Both the position numbers and the translations under genes were made by a program. A stretch of 64,000 nucleotides of DNA from Ylistrum balloti (taxonomy: Eukaryota): NCBI RefSeq assembly GCF_031769215.1, contig NW_026782397.1, forward strand, positions 558,001-622,000, given 5' to 3'. The notes under the pieces are model-generated. The model ran no database searches. It worked only from the letters and a program-made list of their open reading frames with translations, and was not told where the DNA came from. This document shows positions 1 through 12,100 of this stretch, one piece after another (positions within the stretch are counted from its first letter, which is position 1; each line of letters opens with the position of its first letter).

Positions 1-680
1 ACATGAAGACCTCCATATAACACCACTCGCTTGTCCTTCTACACGAAAACCTCCATATAGCACCACTCACTTGTCCTTCTACATGAAAACCTCCATATAA
101 CACCACTCGCTTGTCCTTCTACATGAAGACCTCCATATAGCACCACTCACTTGTCCTTCTACATGAAAAAACCCATATAACACCACTCACTTGTCCTTCT
201 ACATGAAGACCCCCATATAGCACCACTCACTTGTCCTTCTACATGAAAACCTTGATATAACACCACTCACTTGTCCTTCTACATGAAAACCTTGATATAA
301 CACCACTCACTTGTCCTTCTACATGAAAACTTCGATATAACAAAAATCACTTGTCATTCTGCATTAAAACCTCGATATAACACCACTCATTTGTCATTCT
401 GCATTAAAACCTCGATATAACACCACTCACTTGTCCTTCTACATGAAGACCTCCATATAACACCACTCACTTGTCCTTCTACATAAAAACCTCGATAAAA
501 CACCACTCATTTGTCATTCTGCATTATAACCTCGATATAACACCAATCACTTGTCATTCTGCATTTAAACCTCCATATAACACCATTCACTTGTCCTTCT
601 ACATGAAAACTTCGATATAACACCACTCACTTGTCATTCTGCATTATAACCTCGATATAACACCACTCCTTTGTAACACT
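1..680. repeat. 40-bp minisatellite, about 17 copies, in a Slo1 intron; runs off the left edge
   Basis: The unit ACATGAAAACCTCCATATAACACCACTCACTTGTCCTTCT repeats head-to-tail every 40 nt, with a second variant (TTGTCATTCTGCATTAAAAC). There are no unique spacers. Confidence 0.95.
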
Positions 681-1745
681 ACAATGATATTGATTATAAT
701 GCACCGCCTTTCATTTGCCACATTGTCTTATTTTTTACTGATCATCTTTCATCCCGATGAAATAAAAAGATTTCAACGCGTGGGCGAAGGGGAGGGTGGT
801 CAGATTTGCAAATAGTTGTAAGAGGCTTGTTTGGTGTTTGTTGCTTCAAAATCTTCCCCCAAAAGGTTGAGGTCCTCGTAATTCATCAACATGGGGACGA
901 ATGATTATTTTTTTCACATTCTGCTGGTCTTTGTATAAATGTGTCGTCAAAGTGTTTTGCATTGTTGACATGACGTCATAGTTATAAAAAGAGAACCCCG
1001 TCTCAACCCTAACACGAGAAAAAGATATCTTACATTGATTAAAATGTTGATACACATCTACAGACTAAGATGTACCACAGTCGAGACAAACCAAACTCTG
1101 CAAAAAAATGTGGCATGGCCAAGTTATGACATTCCGGTGTGACTAAACTATATGAACATCTTTGTAATGAACTCATATGTGTGAAGCGCGATCAATACAA
1201 TGCCTTTTATATTGCCAAATATTCGATAGATTGACGCTATAAAGAGTTTTAACTATAAATAAACAAACATGTCATTATTTAACTAAGTAAAAATGAACAA
1301 TCGCATTATGTATCTCCTTAACCTTTCATGTTGTCCATACACACCTGTAGTATGCAGCTTTGACACCTTTCCACTATGACAGAAACCGGCAGTTCAAATA
1401 CTATAGTATTCATGAAAGTTGTCAAATTCTATTTATTTAAAGGAGTACTGCAAAATTGAACTGTTTTTGTATTTTGTTGTTTCTTTATAACTTAACCTGC
1501 ATCCATGTAGTAAATAAAATGTTCGAGGTTAAGTCAATTTGATTTGTAATTATTCTAAATAGATAGAAAAAAAATCCCTTATTTTTCTGTTAGGCTGACA
1601 GTGCGTCAGGAGTCCGGAGTGAGGTTATAATTTTTAGCTAATATACTGGAGAAGAAAACACATTCGAAGGCCCTAACACAATAAATGTATGGCTCTTGGG
1701 TCAATCACAAATGTCAATATTGTCAGGATTACTTAACACACTTAC

Positions 1746-2072
1746 CAGTATTCTCCCTGTCGTAGTTTGTCCCGAGATCAGCTCTCCAGCCCAGTCCTTG
1801 GCTTCGGTCATCCATCCTATTTCAGGATCGGGGGTTTTCATAAAACCTGGCACGTTCTTTCCCCCGGGGATAGGTACAGGTCCACTTTGATGGGAAACTT
1901 TCGCGACTCCAGCATGTTTCCTTCTTCGACAGAAAAAGAGCAGTAACACTCTATAACACAGAATTATGTACAGACCAAATCCAAAGGTGATAAGGCTGGA
2001 CGCTAGAAATGTATACCAGCGTTTATCGTCCGAGCATTGGGTAATGGCCACTGTGGTATTATTTGCCGACAT
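1746..2072 (-). CDS. KCNMA1: Large-conductance Ca2+-activated K+ channel alpha subunit (Slo1/BK), first coding exon; the gene continues left of the window
   Basis: The translation contains the S0 helix RWYTFLASSLITFGFGLYIILCYR and GWMTEAKDWAGELISGQTTTGRIL, both diagnostic of Slo1. A phase-0 donor CTG|GTAAG follows 1746, at the conserved GRIL|V junction. Confidence 0.93.
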
Positions 2073-4446
2073 TGTAATTGTTAAAAAATTTAATCTAAAT
2101 TACACAAAATACTCACACATGGAATATATATAGAGAGAGACACAACCAATATTTATATTTCTAAAACACGATATTCCAAAGAAATTGACACTCCCCGTCT
2201 GTGCTGGAACTGTAGTCCATGGTTTCTCAAAACGGCCAGATGAATGTCAACGCATGGTGCCGCTGATAGCATCACACACGCTTACCATCATCTTGGCAAT
2301 CGTGACGTAGAGTTGCGAGCGACGTTGCTATAGATTACAGCCATATATACGCTACATGTGTCATCTGTTAGAAGCTTATTTGCATGTAAATAGCGAATAT
2401 GGCCTTGGTTGACTTGACATGCTTTGTTGACTATCCCTTGACTTCTAAGCTTTCCCGAACAAGCACCAGCGACGCCAGTCTATCACTGACAGCGGAGCCC
2501 ATGATCACAAACACCTTATCAAAATGCTCCAGCAACTGTAGTTACGGAGTCCGTGTTGTTCAGTTCTTCTATAATCATCCTTTTCCGTAACTGAAAAGCG
2601 ATTTTCATGAATATTGATGCCGTGTGCTGACAACGGTATGCGCTGGGGTGTAGTGTGACACCAGGAGGCCAAAGATCGATAAATGGCTTCGATCCGTGCG
2701 CACGTGAGACCTGCTCTGTACCAGCCCGTTAGCTTCAACAACAGACGAACATCACTAAACATGTATACATATATTTGAGGAACGATATAGACGTAGAGAC
2801 CGAAGAATCCTAAACCTTCACGGGTGTAAAAATCTATCCGACAACTTCAAATACTCAACGTTATGTTTAAATCACATCCAAAATAATTGAAATGTATGTT
2901 TACCTTCCGGAAACACACACACGAACACCCATGTAAACATCAGTACTATCTGTATGTATATGTACGTGTGCGTGTGGGTGTAAAGGTATCCCTCCCAAGT
3001 CTATAGGCATATACACAGAGAGACGTATACCTCCGGCAATAATGCTTACGGTGATGCATACAGCTCCAGTGTTTCTATTTACAGACGGCGTTTCTGTGTA
3101 TTATTATTCGTTTCTTAAGACTCGGCGAGGTCTCACTCAGGTAATTACTATCGAGTCGTTAGTGTACTGAATACACGTGTACAAGTCTCTACTGTTACAG
3201 CTTTAATACCGGTAAAAGTATACTTAACATACGATTCTGTATGTATTATCCTATGACCCTTCCATATGAGAGATACAACTTGAAAATATACATTGTTCAT
3301 ATTCAAATAATTTGTTTTATTACAAGAAAACACGCATAAATTAATTTTTTACAATCAACACAGTCATCGGAAGATCATGAAAAGTCGTTAACATAAATGC
3401 TTTTTTGTCATCAAGAAAAATCCCATTTCTATTGGCGGAAATGACAAGTATTTCACTGTAATGATAGGTCTGAAAGAAACGATAAAAACAAACCTTATGG
3501 ACAAAATGATGAACTTGAATAAACTTTTGGAGGAAAGGCAGTGTGAGGTGGAATTATATTAAAGTCTGAATTTAAACGTGGGAGGAATTATGCAGTGTCT
3601 GTCTTTTGTTCTGTATTTAATAATTATTTGATACAGATGTTAATGTGACAGGTTTGTCTAGGTGACGTCATTAACTTGCCATATTTAATATTGTTTTTGT
3701 AAGACATTTCTAAATTTCTAGATCTGCTGGCCCTCTAGCCTGGGTTGATGTCATTTTAGACAGACAGATATTTCTGAGACATTATGCCTTCGAGGACGTA
3801 AAAGCAGCGAAATGTTTAATATATATCAATATTGTAATAGGTGTCACGTTAACGATAAACAATACACAATACAGCTCTCGTCCATCATACACTGATGCAT
3901 GCCTGTTGGAGTTACTTCCCTTGCAAGTTAAATTCTACAATGAAGTATTATACTAATCGTTTTTCTAATAATATTCTTAAAAAAAGGCTACAAATCAAAC
4001 ATGTCTTTGGCCCGAGTTTCCTCTGGGTCTAAAACCAGACGTTCGACACTTTGGCAGACAGCTACACATATCAGGTGTATCAGAATTTCTAATGTTCTGT
4101 GTAAAGTCGGTATTGTCTTGACTCGACATACAGAAACTGCGCACCGAGTGCTGTCAACAGGGCAAATCTATTTAAACTCATTCACCTACAAATTCAATTG
4201 CGTCAAGGACATATAGAATTAAAGGGTTTAATCTAAAATGAGTTGTTAACGAACAATTTCATTTCAACAATAGATTTGAAATTCATTTTGTTGTATAGAT
4301 ACCGTGTGTACAAAACATGTCAGCCCTGAGATACGGAATGACCAAGTGTGTCTCACCACAGTAAAACCATTCCCTTCGCGTTGTCGATGGGTTACAGGTC
4401 AGAGTTCATACACGTACCACGACATCTGCGTTATACAAGTCAAAAC

Positions 4447-5676
4447 GAAGTCAGTAGAATTAGCAAGACATGTAAAAAACTGTTTTTGGAATGATGTAAT
4501 TAAGGCTCTAGCAGAATTACAGCCAGAACCAAAAACTCTTGATGAGTATCTTGGGGAAAGCATCTTAAATTTGTCAACATTTGAATCTTTTAGACATTTC
4601 ACACAATAGAAACAACATGGATTAAAGACTATATCTGATATTTTTGATAATCATGGTAATGTTACAAATTTTATTGAATTCCAAGGAACACCTGGTTTAC
4701 ACTATTTAAAATATTATGCACCATTCAGAAAAGAAGATAGAAAATGGAAACAAGAATATAGGGAAGAACTTCTTAATGGAATAAATGTTAGGTCATTAAA
4801 AAGAAAAGACATACTTTCGATGATGTTATCAAAAACCAATTCCAATTTTTTCTATTCCATGTTTACTGCCAAATATGTTAAAACACCAATTAAAAGCCAA
4901 GAGAAATGGCAATCAGTATTAAACTTGCAAACCTCTCCCATGGATTGGAGTAGTTTATACAAAAATATGTTCAATTATACACAGGAGACAAAATTACAAA
5001 CATTTCAGTATAAGATATGTCACAGGATCTTACCAACCAATGATTTATTGTACAAAATGCAGATTGTTCCCAATAACAAATGTAATTTCTGTCAAGGAGA
5101 CACTGAAACAGTGGAACACATCTTTTCTAAATGTTTTTATTCAGTGCAAATTTTTGAGGAGCTTTACCACTGGAATTCACACTATGATCCAATTGACCAA
5201 TATTATTTTAGAGAAATTGACATCTTGTTTGGTAATCAACGGTTCAGTAAGCTTTTAAACCACTTTCTTCTCCTCATCACATCACATATACTACAGTCAA
5301 GTTAATAATCTAATACCAAACTTTTTTGCATGTAAATCTATTTTCAATAAAGTAATGACTGTTGAAAAATGTATTGCCTCAAAGAACAACACTATGAGGG
5401 ATTTTGAGCAAAAATGGGGAATTTTTCAATGTCTTCTTTGAGATAATTTATTTTCATTTTCATCTACTGATATCAAAGTTCTTCAGTTTTTTGTTTTTGA
5501 GGTGTCATCATTTAGGCAATAAAATGGATTTATGTCCCTTAAAAGCTTCCATTAATGAAAAGAAATAGAAACCCCAACCTTCCCCCATCAGTCCAAAGGT
5601 CCTTGTTTGTTATTGCAAGATTTTTAGTGTGTGTTATGTGGCAGTCTCAATTATTGCTGGAATAATAATATTAAAA
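4447..5676 (+). mobile_element. 5'-truncated, disrupted L1/Tx1-clade non-LTR retrotransposon (end of ORF2 with zf-RVT-like knuckle, 3' UTR, A-rich tail)
   Basis: ORF pieces read NCFWNDVIKAL, ETKLQTFQYKICHRILPTN..LYKM, CNFCQGDTETVEHIFSKC and a terminal EKCIASKNN..F..KW, with stops and frameshifts between them. The tail is AATAATAATATTAAAAAA. The flanking direct repeat AAGTCAAAAC occurs at 4437-4446 and 5677-5686. Confidence 0.85.
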
Positions 5677-6305
5677 AAGTCAAAACAATAGTGTACCGGG
5701 AAATGACTTCAGCATTGTTCAAAATAAAAATAACATTAAGAAAAACAATTGGCTCACGTTTGCCTTTTCTTGATTGAAATGGTATATCGTATCGAGAAGA
5801 ACTAGTTTGATAAATAGAGATGTCAATATGATAATGTATAGTTGTTATGCCGATTCATTCTTTTATCGTTTGTTTCCTGGAATTATCACCCCCATGAACA
5901 GGCGGCAGGATGATCTTGTAGAAAGACTACTTCACTGAATATCAAAGATTCAAAGAATTGTGGGACCCGTCATTTTTAGCAATAAAGTTGAAATAGGCTC
6001 ATGAAAAGAAATTTGAAGATTAATAACTGAATCAATGTATTGCAATATCATTCATTGATTTGATTACTTTTATAGACATCGAGATGTCTGTATTTCCGGT
6101 CACGTGATGTTATCATGCGGTTAAAACAATGATAAACACGACATGCAGATCTAAAGATTAAAGAAAAAAAACCCTGAAAGAATCTAAATGTACGGCTCCA
6201 TATATTTTATTTTGAGAATTGTTTAACTACGTCGCCAGAACACTGACGTTACCCCGGACACGGGAGGAGTCAAGGAGACGGAAAACCTGTCAATCAATCA
6301 ATTGT

Positions 6306-7520
<1,215 letters not shown>

Positions 7521-7562
7521 TTACCATCCCACTCATGAATAGGTATTCCCTGGCACATGTGA

Positions 7563-8182
7563 TGACGTCAATTAAAAGGGGATTTCCAAAGTTTGTGATC
7601 TATTTTGAGACATCGAAATTATTTGTCGTGTTAGCATAAGCTATTTCGCAATATTCTCAATTTTGGTATATTTATGATACGTTCATATTTTATTTATGTG
7701 AATACACGTGTCATTTTTTTTTTTTTTTATTTTTCTTTGTAGTTCACGAAACAAAAGCAAAACTACTGTTTGCGAAACTTACGGCTACCGAATTCTATGC
7801 TTCGCTCAAGCATAGGTAGCAGCAGAGACATATATAACACATGTTATATACGTCTCTGGTAGCAGGAAACAGTTAATTTGCATTTTCCTGAAATTATTGG
7901 TCATGTTTGAGATATACAGATATAGCAGTTTGGTTATGAAAAATACATTATTACATATATATAAACTATAAACAATTGCATTTATAGTAGAGAGATAAAA
8001 TTTGTATGAATTAAAACTTTCCTTTGATTTCTGACACATGATTGCCATGGTTACCTACTAAAATAATGCTAAAACTGCAAAAATACTGCTAATTCCGATA
8101 TCACACTATAATTTAGCAAATTCAAACACGGAAATCCTTCATAAATGACCACATGTAAATACTATGAAAACGTTACTTCCGG
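7563..8182. promoter_or_regulatory. Putative divergent promoter region between MRM2 and the flavin-reductase fusion gene
   Basis: A perfect CRE TGACGTCA lies at 7563-7570 and an ETS/GABP core ACTTCCGG at 8175-8182. A YY1-like AAGATGGC overlaps the MRM2 ATG. The two genes are head-to-head. TSSs cannot be seen from sequence. Confidence 0.35.
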
Positions 8183-8789
8183 TAAAGCATAGACACAGAT
8201 TCGAGATTGCCCAAATAGTAATCTCCAACACAGAGCAAAGATATTATTCTGAAAAAATGAAACCCACGTTGTACACTTCAACATGACGAGATCAAACTTA
8301 GCAAGGATTTCTTTTTTTTAATTTTAATTAAAACTAGAAAAAACACCCATGGCCACACCGAGAAACAGTGTACTGCTACCATGAGGAAATCCCATGGATA
8401 ATTGCAGCATGGTGGAAAAGGCAGGCATCCTACAACGGGGAGGTGACAACTTGATAATTCAACAGATATGCACCAGGGTTGATTTGGAATGCACCATGTA
8501 AAAAACGTGAGTCCGACTTTCGTAATCTTATTTCCAAATGTTTGAAACAGAATGGAAATTTGATATATCTGTGACGAGATCTACTACTCGGAAATGTCGA
8601 TCTGATATATCCTTTTAAGGATATGTATAACATAGTTCCAAAGCCTTACATGTATGATTATAAATAGACCAGACTCATACTCTTTGGCACTCGCCCTTTT
8701 TGATGACATGGTTGAATAGATTCAAAAGCTAGTATACTGAGTTGAAAGGTTGGGAACATTCCTCTACACGTATCTGTAACTATAGATAC

Positions 8790-9030
8790 ATCACAAATTC
8801 CTAGTTGGACAATATATAACGGAAAAGGACTCAAACGTATCTCTTCAATATAAGGTATTTTTCCCTCTTAAATCTTGACTCACGAGAGAAAATTTAATGT
8901 CTAATTAGTTAACTTTCGATATAAATATGGCAAACCAGACCAAGTGGTGTGTGCTAAGTTCAAACTCCTTCAAAAATAGATTGGACAAATTCTAGAAAAA
9001 TCAAGAAGTGCTGTACAATTATACGTCTGT
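8790..9030 (+). mobile_element. Degenerate 3' end of a CR1/L2-type LINE reverse transcriptase
   Basis: The fragmentary translation HKFLVGQY ... PDQVVCAK / NSFKNRLDKF*KNQEVLYNY resembles the conserved CR1 ORF2 C-terminus (WN.LP..VV.A.S.NSFKNRLDKFW). Confidence 0.55.
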
Positions 9031-9127
9031 CAGTTTTCCTGAAGTAACTTTCTCAAGGCATTATATTAATTTCTTTTTCAGATTTTAAGATTCATTTCGT
9101 CACCATTATTTACTAGTGCAGCCCAAG

Positions 9128-12100
9128 ATGAATTCCAGATATATTGTTCAACTACAAGGAAAAAAGCTTACCTCCAACTGGTCACGTATATCACATTATG
9201 TTCCCAAGTTATTCTCAACTGGTAAGAGCGAAGAATTAATGAAGAGTATTGCATAAAATTGTAGTATAATAAATCACTTTCAAGTTTAATAATTTCTTTG
9301 AGTTATGAAGAAAACAATGATCGCTGTGGTAGTGACCAGCTCCACAATAAGTCAGAAGGGTTCTGACTGTCTATCAATGATTTCGTCAAAATTACTATAA
9401 AAATGCCAAATTCTAGTGATCCTTGCAAGTGCTGGCATTCAGGCAATGTTTCTTGTAGTTTTTAACAGCTGACTATTGTCCAAATCGAAGACAAAAATAA
9501 AATTGCACAGAGATAGTCAGAACCCTTTGAAGTAACGCATGATGTATGTTAGAATATTGGAACAAACACAAAATGGGATAGAATTATTTTTACAAGGTCA
9601 AATAAAGCTAAGAATGTCAATCAAAAGCTGAAAGGTCAAGGCCATCTTAATTATTTGTAAACGAAATTGTGAACTACTAGTAATTTGTAGTTGTAACAGA
9701 GGTCATTATTTCTTTCAATGCCTCTGCTAGGAATTGAACCTGCTAGAAATCGAACCTGGGACCCCTGGCTTACTAGTCTGACGCTCAACCAATCGAGCTA
9801 AAAAGAAGTTCTCTCTAGCCGAGTGGTATATTGCGGCTAGTATTTTACCAGGGTTACATAGTGAAGGAATGGTGTGTTAAACTTCAGATTATTTCTTGGT
9901 GGTTATGTGTTAGAATAATACGTAATGATTTAAAGGGAAATTCAACACAGTTCAGATTTCAAAAGATGCTTTTGTACAAAATTATCCATTTATGTTTTTA
10001 TGGGAATCATAAATTTCAGTTTACCATTTAAAGAAACAGATGATATTTATTTTGCAGAAATTCTTTATAGACTTGCTAGATCAATTTAAAAAAGTTCTCC
10101 TGGTCCTGATTGCATCACAGCAGGTTTGCTTGTTACTAGCTGAACAGAATGAAATATTTGTTATAGATGATCATAAAATAAACAGAAAAAACAGAAGAAA
10201 TCAAACTGCAAACCCAGCAGAATTTTAATGAACAGCATACACACTTGTTTATTTACCAAATACTCTGCATAAAAATAATGACCAGGTGCTGGTGTGCTAT
10301 ATATTTAGATGGTAAACTTACATTGGCTGGGACTATTCCTGCCAATTTTGCCTGTCCAAACTGACCACAGGAGAGATATTTTGATGCTAACAATAGTTTT
10401 AAAGTAATTAAAATGAGTTCTTAAGTTGTACATAACAGCCAAATATTTTGCAACTGGAATATCCCTTTAAACTGTAACTTTTTAAATGATTATATAAAAT
10501 GCTGTAGTTGAAGTGTTGTAGCTTTTGTAATGAATGGAAAGCTATACAAATACTTTGTATTCATTTCAGAGGCAAAGTCGACAAATGTTGGTGATGCCTA
10601 TAAAAATGTTATGAGGAAGGTCCCACAGCCAGGTGAGTATCTTCCTAGTGAAATTCAGTTTATCATTACAGCATGCCACTTTGTATTAGAGAGTGTAGTC
10701 TGAGAAATGTGTTGCACATCAAGGCAGGTTTTGATTAAATCCTTGTAATTGCTGTAAAACTAAATTCTCCTTTTTTGAAATGGGAAAATATGAGTAGTCT
10801 GAACTGAATAGGTGTCGGAACATATAGGACAGAATTGGCAAAGTTTCCTGTTATATGGAAAAGGTAGAACAATGAACGATCAAAAACTTGCTTGATGTCT
10901 GTTTTCAGTGGTGGTTGTAACGACGTCTGGACATGATATCTTAAACAACAGCTGGTTGAAAAGGGGAGTAACCTGTACATCCTTCAGCAGTGTTTCCTTA
11001 GACCCAGCAGTTGTCTCCTTCTGTTTGAATCATTCAAGGTAAAATTTCTTTTATCAGAATTTGAAAACTGAATCTCTTCTATATAATACTTTATCTCTTC
11101 TAAATGATTCTTAATCTCCTCCGTGCGATACTTGATCTCCTCCGTGTGATACTTGATCTCTTCCGTATAATACTTAATATCTTCTATATAATACTTAATC
11201 TCTTCTATACTTAATCTCTTCTGTATGTTTTCATACATATTAAGGTGTTTATGACTCATCCAGATTTCATGATCTTGTAGTCTTCATTTCAATGACAAAA
11301 TTTAAGATCAAGTAATATTTTAATCACTATTTAAAAAGTGGACACAGAAAAAATGGAAAATTGAAACGGAAAAGAATATGAAAAATGTATCCAACTGCCA
11401 TCTTAAGTTATAAGTTTCCATAGTTCATTACTTGGCAAATAGGTTAATTCAGTATGAGCTAACTGAATCAACTTCGTACAACAAAAAAGACCAGTTTGTC
11501 TTCCAGATTGGTGAAAACCAGAACTACTATGATTGAAATAAGAAAACTTTTAGTCCAATAAACAATTTTATTGATGTGTTTTCAGCCGCATGCATGACCT
11601 TTTGCTTAGGACTCAGCAGTTTGCTGTCCATGTCCTTGCCAGGGACCAGGTAATGTGCAGTTCTTGCAGTTCACAGCAGTTTTAGATTTATTGTACATGT
11701 AAAATATGTAAGTTGCATCTGGGTTATTTTAAACAAGTTTATCTTGATAGATTCATTGTAAAAGTCTCAAAAACTCACAACAAAATCGGTTATGTCCAGT
11801 AACAGAAATCTGAGAATCTACTAAAAAGTTTTATTCATTCAAGTCTTTCTTTTCATTTACCATGTGTTAATTTTTTCATCATCTGTTGATTTTATTGGTC
11901 TGGAGGTGAAAATTCAATATATAAACCCACATCTTCTAGCACTTCTTAAAATTTTGTGGCTGTGAAAACATAATGCGAGACCATCACTCAGATTACTGTA
12001 CATGTAAAGTTTCTTGTAAGATCTAAGATTGAATGGCTGATAATTCCAAATTTCACAAGAAATTGTGGTTGCTTGTGAATAATTATGTATTTTGTGAATT

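Noticed and set aside
1-680. CRISPR-like appearance of this and the other regular arrays (30.3, 32.6, 34.2, 42.8 kb)
   Set aside because: Units are contiguous with no unique spacers, there are no cas genes, and the context is eukaryotic.
2286-2762. ORFs and a GTAAGC donor upstream of the Slo1 exon
   Set aside because: No channel-like sequence. At most non-coding 5' exons that cannot be delimited.
9760-9805. tRNA-Thr/Ser gene calls here, at about 56445-56498 and at 23068-23131
   Set aside because: Acceptor and anticodon stems do not pair. The sequences sit in repeat contexts, the first two inside LTRs.
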